Source of the DNA: Octopus vulgaris
Lineage: Eukaryota
Direction: 5' to 3'
Assembly (NCBI GenBank): GCA_951406725.2
Contig: OX597843.1
Location: forward strand, 18,600,001-18,664,000
Length of the DNA: 64,000 nucleotides
The position numbers and the translations under genes were made by a program. Within the stretch, counting starts at the first letter, position 1. Each line of letters opens with the position of its first letter. Below the pieces are notes generated by a model, which worked only from the letters and a program-made list of their open reading frames with translations, ran no database searches and was not told where the DNA came from. Shown piece after piece: positions 1-13,432 of the stretch.

Positions 1-2430
1 TTTACAGAGAGTTAAACAAAGAAGACTATATCAATAGACATCATGCCAACGACATCAGTGATTCAGTTATACTGGGAAGCAATATGGAACAAACCAAAAC
101 AATACAACAAAAATACTTAGAGGATTAATAGGGAAACGGGTAGGAAGAACACAATAGAACTACAGATATGTCCCACAATCACAAGCCAAGAGATCACGGA
201 CAACTGAGGAGTACCAGCAACTGGAAAACTTCAGGAATAAAGAAGATTCCCAACTTCTAGTTGGAACACCTCATCAGTACCCATAACCACGCAGCAACAG
301 CATTCAATTTATTGATGAGCCAGAATCAACATCAAACTGAATGCTGGAAAAATAAAGATACCGTACTTCCACAAAATTACAGACCAATAATATACCTATC
401 AACATCAAACAAAACCCTAGCATCAGTAATCCATAACCGGCTTATAAAGCATCTAGAAAACTACAATGTTTTACCAGAAGTAAAAAAAAGGGGTATGGGA
501 TAGGAATGCATGGCTGTAAGGAGCAACCTCTGGTAAACCGAGCCATTACAGAGGACTGTAAGAGGAGAAAGACAAACTTGAACATGACTTGGATTGATTA
601 CCAGAAAGCATTCGACAGCATTCCACACTCATGTATACAGGAATTTCTCCACACGAATAATATAGCCTCACCACTACCAAAATATTTTAAACACGCAATG
701 GCAAATCGGAAAATCAGTATAACATAAAAATTTACCCTACCCCGTGAGAAGAGGGATTTTTCAGGGAGACTCACTGTCAGACCCCTGCAGCTCTGCCTTT
801 CTCCGTCCCCGCTAACAGACTTGTTAAGCAAACCCACTATGCTATGGATAAAAAATAAAACATCTCCTGTACATGGGTTACCAAAACTTTTCTCTAAAAG
901 TACTATGGAACAGAGAAACCTAACCAAAATTGTCCATAGTTTCAGTAAGGATATAGAAATGAGCATGCGGCTGGACAAATGTGCCAGATTCACACCGAGA
1001 GAGGCAAATTAATCAGTACTGAAAACTCTGCACTCGACATAGACACAGAAATTAAAGAATAAGACCAAGATCGCTTATACAAATATCTGGGATTATACGA
1101 AACAGCTAAAATACAACACAGAAATATGAAAGAAACTTAGGAGAGAGTATTACAGAAGAGTTAAACTAATATTAAACACTGAACTTAATGCTAAAAAAAT
1201 AGGATAATAGGGATAAACACGCTAGTCATACCAGTCACAAATTATAGCTGTAACATAATAAACAGGAAGATCAGTAAATTGAGAAACCTAGATAGAAAAT
1301 TAAGAAGACTACTAACAGCGCACCGAAGTCACCACACCAAAGCAGACGCATGCAGAATATATTTATTCCACTTAGAAGGCGATTGTGACCTGATACAGAT
1401 AGAAAAATTACAATAAAATAACAACTGTTGGACTAAGGAAGTTCTTAGAAACAAAGTGTGGGAGACTATTGCATGTAGTTAAGCAACACGAGAATGAAAC
1501 AGAAGCAACGTTCACTGATACATTGATTTCAGATGATAGTATGGCGGAAATATTCAAAGAGATAAAAAAGAAACCTATGAAAATAGAAGTACAAAAGATA
1601 CTGAAGAAGAAATGAAGGGAAAATCACTCCATTGCCAATATCCTGCAAGGCTTGACCAAGAGGAAGTGAGCCTGAGTAAAAGCCAAAAATGGCTCAAAAG
1701 CTCAGGTCTAAAAGCTGATACGGAAGGATTGATTCCCGCTGCACAAGACCAATCTCTCACTACAAACAATTATAAAAATAAAATAAGGAAAATAGGCCCA
1801 ACACCAAATGCACAATGTGCAACCAAGACAATAAAACAGTTGACCACATCATTACGTGCTGCCCAGTCTTTGCCAAGTCTGAATAGATATACAGACACAA
1901 TAAGGTAAGCAGTTATATCCATTAGACAATATGCCAAAATTACATTAAAACTGACAATAGGTGGTATAAGCATATGCCAAAGAAGCTACAAGACAACGAT
2001 CAGGCCACAATCATCTGGGATAGGCCGGTTCAAACCAGCAAAGAAATAACAGGTAATCATCCAGACATGATAATCAAGGATTGGGGAAAAACACTTGCTT
2101 ACTTGTAGACAGTGCAGTACTTTCTGATAAAATAGATAAATACAATCCTCTTAAATACGAAATAGCCCGGCTATAGTAAATGAAGAAGGTGAAGATAGTG
2201 CCAATTATTGCCAGGTCCTTGGGAACAGTATCAGAAGGTATCAAGTGGAATATAGAGGAAATTGTAACAGAGTGCCTAGCAGAACTGTTACAAAAGGTTT
2301 GCCTCCTTGGCATGGCCAGAATAATCAGAAAAGTATTAGCTGAAAAGAACGGATAGCATAGTAGCCTAGACTGCAGATAGAAAGCCCGCTATGTATGCAA
2401 GACTCCGAGAGTTCAAACAAAACCTGTGAT
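1..2430 (+). mobile_element. Degenerate R4/Dong-type non-LTR retrotransposon (RT + zinc finger + restriction-like endonuclease), runs off the window start
   Basis: Frameshifted pieces read QNYRPI, GCKEQ, WIDYQKAFDSIPHS, LDKCA, YKYLG, KWLKSSGLKADTEGLIPAAQDQ and HPD, ending LGMARIIRKVL* at about 2343, followed by a short 3' UTR. Confidence 0.9.
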
Positions 2431-2439
2431 AAAAAGAAA

Positions 2440-4211
2440 TTGGATAATGGAATGTATGAACCTATTTGGTATTGCATCGAATATTGAGCGATTGCTCGGA
2501 AAAAGTATGGCAAATTGAGGGACGGACCTGACATAAGTTTAGGGAGAGTTGAAATCAGGAGGGGTATCTTCCAAGGGGACTGCCTGTCACCACTGATCTT
2601 TGTACTGTGCTTGATAACACTAACACTGATACTGAGGAAAGCAAAAGTTGGGTATGCATTCAAAAGCCGCCAACAAAAAGTCAACCATTTATTATTCATG
2701 GATGATATCAAACTTTATGGTAAAGACGAAGCCCAAGTCAGTTCCATCGTTTATACGGTGTATACCTTCAGTGCTGATATTAGAATGGAGTTCGGACTGA
2801 GAAAGTGTGGTATGTTAGATTTGAAGAGAGGCAAAATCAAATGAATGCACGGACTAACGATACCGTCGGAGGAGGTTATGAAGCAGATAGAAGAGACGGA
2901 CTATAAGTACTTGAGGGATTTTGGAAATGGATAAATTGATGGAGAAAGAAATGACAGAAACATTTAAGGAGGAGTACTTGCGCAGACTGAGTCTGATCCT
3001 TAAATCGAAATTAAATGGACGGAATAAGATGGAAGCTATCAACACCTGGGCGGTTTTAATCTTTAGATATGGAGCAGGGGAAATCGCATGGACAGTCGCC
3101 GAACTATACAGCTTAGATATAAAGACAAGGAAGTTGCTTACTAGATATGAGATACTCCAAACAAAAAGTGTCACAGACAGACTATATGTACCAAGAAAAT
3201 GAGGGAGAAGAGGACTGATTGGATGCGCACACAGCATTAGAGCAGAAGAAAACAACATAACAAAATGCCACAGAACCGTTATTATTAGAAGAAGGTGAGG
3301 CTTGTGTAGGATGAAATATTGCAAAGATAAAGCACTGTACGAGCAATTGAAAAGGAATGAAACTGAAAATAGGTGGGTAAAGAATATAGTGCATGGACCA
3401 TTTCATAGGGATGTTGAAATTAAGACAGACAGAGAAAAAAGATGACTGTGGATGACTTAAAGTGATTTAAAACCGGAAACTAATCTGTACTGCCCAAGAG
3501 CAAGCACTAAGAACAAACTACATAAAATACAGAGTAGACGACACAGCAGAAAGTGATAAGTGCAGAATCTGTGGACAAAATGGTGAAACCGTATGGCATA
3601 TTACCAGCCAATGTACGCCACTAGCACAGAAGGAATATAAGAGACGCCACGACAATATAGCAAGGCTTGTCCATTGGACAATTTGCAACAAATATGGACT
3701 TGATAGAGAAAAATATTGGTACGACCTCAAGCCCGAAAGCATCATCGAAAAGGATAATGCAAAGACCTTGTGGGATTTTATGATTCAGTGGGACCATGAG
3801 ATAGAGAATAGGAAGCCAGGCATAGTCTTAATTGAGAAAGAAAACAAACTATGCTGGATCATAGATATAACATACCCAGCTGACAACAAGGTATGCGATA
3901 AGGAAGAAAGAAAAGTCGATAGATATGACAGGTTAGCTTGGGAGGTAAAGCAGTTGTGGTCGATGAAGAAGGTGGTATAGTACCAATTATTGTCGGAGCC
4001 CTGGGAACAATGAGTAAAAATCTCGAGAAGTTCATGAAACAAATAGGGGCTGAAATAAGGGTGGAGCACTTGCAGAAAACAATACTCCATGGAACCGCTC
4101 GAATATTCCGGAAGGTGCTCGTAAAATAAGAGGTGTTGTGTTACTTTAGTTCCCTGGTAGTGAACAGCTGACAACGTAGTACATCTCCAGCGTTAGAAGC
4201 TGTGCAAAGGC

Positions 4212-4212
<1 letters not shown>
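2440..4212 (+). mobile_element. 5'-truncated R4/Dong-type non-LTR retrotransposon, second subfamily
   Basis: GIFQGDCLSPL, HLLFMDD, FGLRKC, LYVPRK, CRICGQNGETVWHITSQC (CCHC), RRHD, KVDRYDRL and GTARIFRKVL*; followed by an (AAT)n/(GAT)n tail. Confidence 0.92.
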
Positions 4213-4255
<43 letters not shown>

Positions 4256-4278
4256 CAATAATAATAATGATAATGATG

Positions 4279-4376
<98 letters not shown>

Positions 4377-4402
4377 AATAATAATAATAATAATAATAAT
4401 AT
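4213..4402. repeat. (AAT)n/(GAT)n microsatellite, tail or target of the Dong-like element
   Basis: Directly visible trinucleotide tract immediately after the 3' UTR. Confidence 0.95.
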
Positions 4403-5442
4403 TGATAATCTTTTCTTGAGTTTGTAAGTCATGTAATAGAAGATAACTATTTCATTTTCATTTCAATACATTTTAATATTTCTATATGCCTTTGAGTCTG
4501 TCTCATTTGGTGTGTTTTAACCGATACCAAATAATCCATTGATAAGGAGGCAATCAGGTAATCACTAAAGCAAAAACAAATCTCAATTCGATTGTCCTAT
4601 TCAGTTATATGTGGTCGAAGTATTGTCTGAGTAGGAAAGATGAATAAGAGAAGACTGAATCTCGAGCAGACAGATACGAATGTAGGCCATGCCCACCACT
4701 ACATACTGCAGCAGATTTATTCGAAAGGAGAAATGAGAAAGTGATAATTAAAATAACAGCAACCAAAACGATATTTGCAGATAAAACATGAGGTAAGTTT
4801 ACATGTTCTTCTTTCGGTCTTAAATTATTCTTCACATATAAGCACAAAGGAAAATATACTAATATTACAATGTTGAAACGAGTATTAATTTATTTTTTAA
4901 TTTACCTTATAATTTTAAATTACCTTATCCATACTACATTTATTTTAATTTTAAAATACTTATTCTCTCTTGAAAAATATTAGTTTTGAAACAGTAATAT
5001 CATTCTTCGTAAAGAATATATTGATTACTTTCCATTGCAATTCTCATTAAGACAACCAATCATATTTCATATTTAAAATTAATATTGATCAAATGAATTT
5101 TCCATTGCTACCAAAATAATGTATCTACCAGACAACTTTGTTCTGCTTCGTTTCTGTGTATTTGAATGGGTCAATAACAGTTTAAAGATGAAAGGAATTT
5201 TGCCACATCATAACGCAACACTAACACGGTCTTATAAATAAAATTTTTTAATAAGTTTACTGGTTTACCTCCGCCCTTCTTATATTGGGCAAACGTTGTT
5301 AGTTTTACTACTATCATCTCCTGTAAAATGTCCTCAGTTCCCAAGCGGTGTGGTTAAGCTTTGATAGGGATAGACTGGTGTTACATTTCTCTCTCCATCT
5401 TCACACTCACACACATATTTATATGTGTATATACATATATAC

Positions 5443-5482
<40 letters not shown>

Positions 5483-5487
<5 letters not shown>

Positions 5488-5771
5488 TGGTGGCTGCCCC
5501 CTCGTTATCGAGTATGGCCATTGCTAGAAGGATGCCCTAACAAAGGCTAGGAGTCCTTCACACCCAATGGTTCAACCGCGCGTACGGGTATTCAGTCCGA
5601 TTATTTCTATGTCCCCGCGCATGATACAGCCTTAAGACATTTATTGGATGGCCGCTGACTCTCAAGAGTTCCTCCGCCCTTTGACGTGTTTTGTTTTTCA
5701 TCTCGCAGGGAGTCCAATAAACACCCACCTCACCAAGCAAGCTTGGTGGGGTTGCCGGTTTAGTCGCCGAC
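5483..5771 (-). mobile_element. Short non-autonomous retroelement, probably RTE-derived (5' UTR plus 3' tail)
   Basis: About 290-bp GC-richer island between microsatellites; hairpin CACCAAGC/GCTTGGTG near 5731-5748; 3' end ...TACTCGATAACGAGGGGGCAGCCACCATGAAT resembles RTE 3' ends. Family recalled from memory. Confidence 0.45.
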
Positions 5772-6057
5772 ATACATACATACACACACACATACATATA
5801 TATATAAGCATACAAACACACACATGTATATTATGCGATCGATTAACATTCAGTGTTATTACATCGCACATTTTTGTAATTTGGCAATCTGTCCGAAACT
5901 TCCGATTCAAAATATATATATCTCTCTTCTTCTGTGTTCATATATACATATGAATAAATTCAAACACATATAGACACATCACACGATGTATGTAAACAAA
6001 TGTAGAATAATGCTGAATAGCAGAGAATATCTACTGCAGATTAATTTGTCAGTGGCT

Positions 6058-6127
6058 AGCCATGACACTCGAACTTACGTCGCTGTGATTACTGGTCAAG
6101 TGCTTTATCTTTAAGCTAAACTACTCA
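6058..6127 (-). pseudogene. tRNA-like (Thr-AGT-like) sequence or SINE head
   Basis: Minus strand reads TAGCTTAAAGATAAAGC (A-box-like), CTTGACCAGTAATCAC (anticodon-arm-like) and AGTTCGAGT (B-box-like); acceptor stem is not intact. Confidence 0.4.
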
Positions 6128-6168
6128 CTAACAAATTCTTCTGCAATTTTTCAGCTTATAAATTTAGC

Positions 6169-6457
6169 TTTTATAGACGCTGTATGTGAAATTCAAATTA
6201 CGATATAATGTAAACAAAGCTTTTTTTGAAGCGTTGAGGTGTATTGAAATATACAGATAAGGAAATAATTTATTCTCAAACAAAATTTTTTCTGCAATAT
6301 ATGGATATTCTATCTTATTTAAGCTATTCAGCCTTATTCTGCGTTTGAGAATAAATTATCTCCATATCTGTATATTTCAATACTTCTCACCGCTTCTAAA
6401 AAGCAAACTTTGTTTACATATATCATCATTTGAATTTCACATACAGCGTCTATAAAA
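6169..6457. repeat. Fold-back inverted repeat, arms 6169-6281 and 6343-6457
   Basis: TTTTATAGACGCTGTATGTGAAATTCAAAT...ATTCTCAAAC is reverse-complemented after a roughly 60-bp spacer. Confidence 0.9.
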
Positions 6458-7159
6458 AATAAATTACTATGTTCACGAAAAGAGTTCGAATCCTACATGC
6501 AATCTATGTGTTTTCAAAAGAGAGGGGTGTTGTGTAGAAATGTGTTAAAATCCACATAATTTCAATATCGTGTATGAAACAAATTATCTTTTACAGAGAG
6601 GCGTTTCTTTTGTAGTACACACACACACGCGCGCATATATGTGGCCGCGTCTCACATTGATGAATACAGGATAGCCCAAGCATACTTTTCAGGACTCGAT
6701 ACAAAAATACAACAAACAGAATGCAAAAAGTTATGAAATAGGGTAGAATGGCTTTCAGATGAAAGCGACTGTGGAGTGCGCCGATTCATTTGATGGCTGG
6801 TCATGCATGTCGAGCAAGACGCGGCTACTACGAACACTTGAAAACTACCAACAGCGATACGTCACCTATGTAACTTCAAAATTAGTTTGTCAACTGATGA
6901 TGCATGTCTGTACTGTTGAGTGCATCCGAATTCATTATATTGTGCTCCACCAGTTTGAGAGCAGTGCACAACTATGCTGAAAAGATCTTCGTGATAAATA
7001 AAGTTTCCAGGATACTCCGTATTTTGTATTAATCATTTAGAATATGCCCAACGTGCACCAAGGAATTCCTAACATAGATTCAGCGACGAACGTGCATTTG
7101 CTCCAGATGATGCCAGGTAGCCAGAAGTGGTGAACGTGCTCTGCCGGTACACGACGAAG

Positions 7160-8892
7160 GAATATTCAAAATAAGTTTTGGATGTAAATTCTAGATTTCT
7201 TATCTGATGTTTAATCTTAGCTGTAACTTACACATATAAGAAAACCAACAAAAACTCAGATGGCCTTAGAAACATTCAAACTGGAAATAGATCTGTTAAG
7301 AGCCAATTCCAGCGAAGAAAATTTCAAGGCACTCGACAATGAAAGAGAAACTGAAATTTCAAAATACTGTGAAGGCATATTCCATGATAAAACAACCAAA
7401 CTTTGGAAGAAAAAAACTATGAGTACGAAGAACTAACATTCATCGAACGGTGGGGACGGATACCAACTGGTTGGTCAATTATGGGATAGAAGGCAAGACA
7501 ATAACCTTACCAAACGAACCCAGGCACTCTCCAGCCCCCTGCCCTACACCATAGATCTCAGCTGCTCAGGGTTCATTTCAAAATCGAAGATTACAACCGA
7601 CACAAAGTAATCCGGTCCAAAACCATACATCCCAACCTACAAAAAGGAATCAGGTCCAAAACAGATCTCAATTCACGCAAAAGAACAAAAATGACAACCA
7701 TCACTAACAACAAATCAGAGCTGGGAATGTTCGAAACTACTATAGAAATCTACACAATAGCAGGGACAATGCCACTAGACACCGAAATACTAGGCATAGA
7801 GCAATTTCTAGAACTCATTGTTTAGACCAAGGCAATAGAATCCACGACATCAGATGGTATAAACCAGCTTTGAAAAATCAAAAATAATTAATCTTTCAAG
7901 CTTAAACCTTCCACCCCATCAAATTAAAATTCTTTAAAAGGACTGAAATTCACACCAACACCACAGCATTCTAACTTCTACATGACGATATTTCACACTT
8001 CTGAAGAAAATTACATCTAACAGAAAAAGTTTTAGAGAAGAAGAATAATGATGAATCAATGGTACAGATTAGAAGCAGATAAAACACTACAAAGAGCAGG
8101 AAGAAACTGTAGACACATCAACTTTCCTTTACAATGAACTACCGCAACCTAAACCCAAATCCAATACCAGTCGAAGGGAATGGGAGATCATCCACGAGTT
8201 AAAAAGCAATAATGACACCATAATTAAGGAAGCGGATAAAGGGAGTACTGTTGTGATTATGGATACGAAACACTACAAAAATTCTATATCTTACCTCTTG
8301 CAAGATACTAGGAAAGAGTAGACAAGTATCAGCAGCCAAAAACTATGACCAAATTAAACGCACTCATTTGCCAACATAAAAAAAAAACTTAGCGAGAACA
8401 GAATGCAGCTATGTAACACATTTTGAATGTAAAACCAGCAACCTCTAAAGAGTCCCGAAAATCCACCACAGCAAAATTATTAACGAAGCCTGCAAAAAGT
8501 CTACCTCAACCTGCGTCAATGTATCACACCCCCACTGACCTCAAACTGAGACCAATTATGTCTGGCCCAAATTGTGAAGTACACCGACAAAGCAACTTCA
8601 TACACATACTACTAAAACTAATTCTCAATTTCTCAATATTGCAAGAGATTACCTGGATCACCTAAGCCAGCTCCCCAAGCACGCTAACGTGGACATTTTC
8701 ATTCGTCTGCTTTGATGTGATAAACCTTTCCACTACAATTCCACACCAATACGAACTGGAAGCGATAAGGTTCTGGCTGGAAAACTACTCCCGGAAATGA
8801 GCTCCCGGAAAGAAAAAAAAACAAACCATAGATAATCTAGCTATGGCTTACCTGGAATTGGAAATATATGAACAATCCAAATCAAAGTATGG

Positions 8893-8923
<31 letters not shown>

Positions 8924-9700
8924 TTACACACAAATACACACCCTTCTTTACTTATGAGTCATATATACAAACCCCAAAATATCAGCCAAAAACTGCAAAA
9001 CTATAAGGGAACCAGCTTACCAAACAAGCCTTTCTTGGTTCCACAACAACTATTCGAAACCAGAACAATCGCGAACTATCTTTTGATCGTGTGACTGCCA
9101 TCAACCACCGACACGATTATTTTAGAGAAAGCAATTCTATGGCACTTTGTTTTAAAACAAAAACCATCATTTGATCACGAGACTGCCATCAACCAATCTC
9201 ATTGTTGCTTTCTATAAAGAAGGCTATTTTGAGCCACCATTTCTATATAGAATAAAACTAGAAGTAACAGTGAAATTTCATCTGGATGCAGGTTCCTACG
9301 TCCAGATCCGAAAGCTATAGATGGTCTGTTATTTCTCTACACACATTTTTCTCAATTTAAGATGCTGCGAGCAATTACGCTTTCTGTTCACAGTGAGGCT
9401 AAAACTTTAGCACCCACGGATTAGTAAACCAGTCACGTTTTATCTTCTTGTCAAAGACTCTATTACTAGATTGGGATATATTTATGTAAACTAATTATAT
9501 TCTCCTTATCATTGTGAAAAATTTCATTACCTCATCTGAACGTTTTTATGTAATCTATCACTTAATTTGAATATGTATAAGTAAACTAATTTTTAACACC
9601 ACATATGATACACAAAACCTCATGCTTTTGAAAATCGTTTTAAATAAGTGAAACCGGTCAATAGATACTTTTAAAAGTCTCCTGCATTTTCAGATGCTTT
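7160..9700 (+). mobile_element. Degenerate Penelope-like element, N-terminal half of RT, internally deleted
   Basis: GLKFTPTP (about 7940), IIKEADKGSTVVIMD (8220), PKIH (8455), LKLRPIMSGPNC, FVCFDVINLSTTIPH (8702), NLAMAYLE (8833); HHR-like motif near the 3' end. Confidence 0.85.
9621..9667 (+). ncRNA. Degenerate minimal hammerhead-like motif (U3-A8 type)
   Basis: TTGAAAA, 15 nt, GAAACCGGTC; stems I and II pair poorly. Confidence 0.35.
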
Positions 9701-9784
<84 letters not shown>

Positions 9785-9790
9785 AATAAA

Positions 9791-10039
9791 TAAATGGAGT
9801 TTAACGCAGGTGTAAATCAAATATTCTTACTTTCGACACATGTTTCGAAAATTCCACTGATACTATTCAAAAGAATAACTGGTATAAACAATGCAATCTT
9901 CTCTTCAGGAAAGTGAAAAAAGTGAAGAGAAGATTGCATTGTTTATACCATTTTTTCTTTTGATTAATATCAGTGGAATTTTCGAAACATGTGTCGAAAG
10001 TAAAAATATTTGATTTACACCTGCGTTAAACTCCATTTA
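9791..10039. repeat. Fold-back element, arms 9791-9907 and 9923-10039, next to (TA)n
   Basis: About 117-bp inverted arms around a 15-nt loop; contains an HHR. Confidence 0.92.
9829..9914 (-). ncRNA. Type I hammerhead ribozyme
   Basis: Minus strand: ACTTTC CTGAAGA GAAGATT...AATTTTC GAAAC ATGT GTC^GAAAGT; perfect 6-bp stem I, 7-bp base of stem II, palindromic ACATGT at stem III. Confidence 0.85.
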
Positions 10040-10190
10040 ATTATTCATATATTATTCAAAATATTCCACGTAAACACGAAATTTCTACCTTTATAAACAA
10101 GGAGTTAAAACATCTTTACTTGTGAGATTTTTGCTACCCTGGTAACTATTTTTTCCCGTGTTAATTGTTAACAAGGTAAAAATACACTCA

Positions 10191-10191
10191 T

Positions 10192-10240
<49 letters not shown>

Positions 10241-10267
10241 TATATAGATATATGTGTGTGCGCGCGC

Positions 10268-10309
<42 letters not shown>

Positions 10310-10779
10310 GTGTGTCTGTGTGAATCCCTATGACTTGAGAACTGCACAAATTTTACATTCAAATTTTACACATGCCTTACTTAGGGTCCGGGGAGTGTCA
10401 TCGGCAAAAAAAGTTTTAACTTTTAGCCTAGGTCGAGCCCACGGCAATACCATATCTTCTGCAGTATGAATCCCTAGAACTTGAGAACTACACAACCAAT
10501 TTCATTCAAATGTTACACATACCTTACTTAGGGTCCATGTAGTGTAAGGGGCAAAACATTTCTAACTTCTTTCCTAGGGTGAGCTCACAGCAATATCATA
10601 TCTTCTCCACTATTTCAGTATTACGTGTTAAAAGTGAAACATAAACATCTCTATTGTAATGTCAGATACTTTCACTTTCATACTGAAACTATTAAAGTCA
10701 AACTATTATATAAGAGGGTTGAACCATTAACAGTGGACATCCATTTTGCTAGAAGATCCGCTATGGTCTTATATGCTAC
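10191..10779 (+). mobile_element. Non-autonomous Helitron, family A
   Basis: A|TCTTTATATA 5' end, (TA)/(GT) tract, internal tandem duplication of about 145 bp, decayed hairpin plus CTAC end; homologous to 18874-19058, 16230-16280 and 30184-30320. Confidence 0.6.
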
Positions 10780-10852
10780 ACCACTGATGTATTCATATTA
10801 ATAAAATTAATATTCAATTTCTCACCGTTATTTTTTGAATTTAAATTTAAGC

Positions 10853-10906
10853 ACAGGACCATGTGTTTTGGAAAGAAGTTTGTTACCACACAGCCACACC
10901 TGCACC
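10853..10906 (-). mobile_element. Inverted partial copy of the adjacent SINE head
   Basis: Reverse complement GTGTGGCTGTGTGGTAACAAACTT...AAAACACATGGTCCTG matches 11106-11151. Confidence 0.75.
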
Positions 10907-11099
10907 TATGTATGTGTGTGTGTATGTATGATATAGCTGTATATGTATATGTATACATTTATTTCTATACATATAGATGTATATCTATACATGTATATGA
11001 TGTGTAGATGTATATATATATATATATATATATATAGATATATAGATTTACATGCATACATATATACACACATACACACATGCACACACACTTACATAG

Positions 11100-11485
11100 C
11101 TGAAGGTGTGTCTGTGTGGTAACAAACTTCGTTCCAAAACACATGGTCCTGGGTTCAGTCCCACTGTGTGGTGACTTGACATGTATCTTCTGCTATAGCC
11201 TCAGACCACCAAAAGCCTTGTCAGTGGATTTTGTAGACAGAAACTGAAAGAAATCAATCGTATATATATATGTACGTATATATGTAAGTCTGTGTGTGTG
11301 TCTTTGTGTTTCTCCCTCATCACTCCCTCGCAACCGGTGTTCGTTTATTTACATCCCCATAACATACTGGTTTCACAAGAAGAAACTAATAGAATAAGTA
11401 CCAGTCTTATAAAAAAAAACATTAGGCAGTATCTCATTTTTGTTTGCCCACACAGTTTATCTGTGTGTGCATGTGTGTGTGTGTG

Positions 11486-11542
<57 letters not shown>

Positions 11543-11575
11543 ATTTCGTAGACAGAAACTTAAAGAAATCAATCG

Positions 11576-11608
<33 letters not shown>

Positions 11609-11760
11609 GTATATATTTAAGTGTATGTGTATGACTTTGCTTCTGTGTTTCTCACTCATCCCTGCTTCATAACTGGTGTTCGTTTATTTACATCCCCATA
11701 ACTTACTGGTTTCACAAGAAGAAACTAATAGAATAAGTACCAGACTTATCAACATAAAAA
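11100..11760 (+). mobile_element. tRNA-derived SINE (octopus-like family) with tandem duplication of its 3' half
   Basis: A-box TGTGTCTGTGTGGT, B-box GGGTTCAGTCCC, body GGATTTTGTAGACAGAAACTGAAAGAA, internal microsatellite, GAATAAGTACCAG end; 3' half repeated at about 11540-11760. Confidence 0.8.
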
Positions 11761-11847
11761 AGCACTACGCTGTGTCTCATATTTTTGTTTGCCCATTCAG
11801 TTGTGTCTATCAATTTATCTTTGTGTGCATATATATATATATATAAA

Positions 11848-11933
<86 letters not shown>

Positions 11934-11957
11934 GTGTATGTATATGTGTACATTCAT

Positions 11958-12540
11958 ATTTATTATATCAAAGACAATGTCTTAATGTGTTCGTGTATTA
12001 CTTATACATTCGAAAACTGCTGCCCCGATCATAATGAAATTTGGAACACAAAATCGAAGTCTAGGGAGAAGGATAATGCTGTGTGTTTCATACAATTTCA
12101 TGGATCAAAATTACTGAATGGATTCTTATGATATTTGAATCTTATATTCAATGCATAAGGGCAGGTATAATGCAATATGTTTGGTTTGAATTTCAGATGG
12201 CTTAAAGGGAGCAGAAACCCCCATGAAAATTCATAAATGTTCGATGTTGATGAAATTTCAACCATGGGTAATTGACACACATCAAGAAGTATTCTCAAAG
12301 TTTCCACTTCACATGAGGATTCTATGACACCCCAGTGAGGGCCTTAACCTCCCAAATTTTAGTAATTTCTTTTATGATCCAAAATTAAGTCAAAAGTACA
12401 TATAGTATTGGATTGACAGGCCCTAAAGAGAATGGGGACTTTGATAGCTGGCTATGAGGTTAAACGTGATGGCGTGGCCAAGAATTTGGTAGGGGCGTGA
12501 TTCCCGTCTTTAGAATTGATGGCTGGTTACACTGACAGAC
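11958..12540 (+). mobile_element. Possible non-autonomous Helitron/DINE-like relic
   Basis: AAAACTGCTGCCCCGATCATAATGAAATTTGGAACAC motif resembles such elements; termini not resolved. Confidence 0.3.
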
Positions 12541-12669
12541 ATACACACTAAAATTAATATATAAGTAATAATAATATATATGTGCATGTGTATGTTTATA
12601 TCTGTATATACATACATATACAACACGCGTTATATATATATATGTGTGTGTGTGTGCGTGTGTGTGTGC

Positions 12670-12709
<40 letters not shown>

Positions 12710-13432
12710 GTCGGTATGTTGGCCACTCTTATAATTCCAGTTTATTATGTGTATTTATAAACATGGAGGAAACTAGGTCAAACGAATTGTCATGGTATTT
12801 GAACATAAACTTTACAATGATAAAGCACAATGCTCGGAAACCGTGTTGATCCGCTGAAATTTAGACCAACTCATCGCTATATTTTACCACCTACACTTAG
12901 CAAAGAACTGATAATTTGGTGAACTCATTTTATGATTTTAATTTTCCAACAAAGAGACTTTTCCTTACATTTTCTTTATACTGGACAGGAATAGGAAAGC
13001 GCCATCTTCATACTTTTGTATTTGGTTGTCTTGCAACTCTCTGAAAATAAAGAGACAAATATTACACACGTCAAGATAATTAAAAGTAAATAACTTTGTT
13101 TTCTGTTGTTCAATACCGTCTAAATTGCTCTTTTGTCAACACCAAGAGAATAAAAACTGATGCTCACAGACAATTGTTTATTTCTCTTCATAGTTCTCAT
13201 AGAAATGCTGTTTGAACAGGAATAAGTTTCTTCAATCTAACTTAATTATCCTTAGAGAATACATTCTACTAACCAAACAGCAAAAGATGATAAAATATAA
13301 AAATAAAGGAACAACGACACTTTATGTGCACAATATGGGTTTTACGTAACATTTTATTCATGTAATATATATATATAATAATAATAATAATTAATAAATC
13401 TCCGAACGAGATGTAAACAGTAACCTCTCGAC

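Noticed and set aside
4600-4800. Possible host exon (TTCAG acceptor at about 4605, GTAAGT donor at about 4792)
   Set aside because: Stops in all three plus frames, no recognisable protein and no partner exons.
4965-5000. TTGAAAA...GAAACAGTA hammerhead-like string
   Set aside because: No stem I pairing and stem III too short; expected by chance in AT-rich DNA.
12810-12855. AGCA-caa-TGCT hairpin followed by GAAAC
   Set aside because: Core reads ATGATAA and stem I does not pair.
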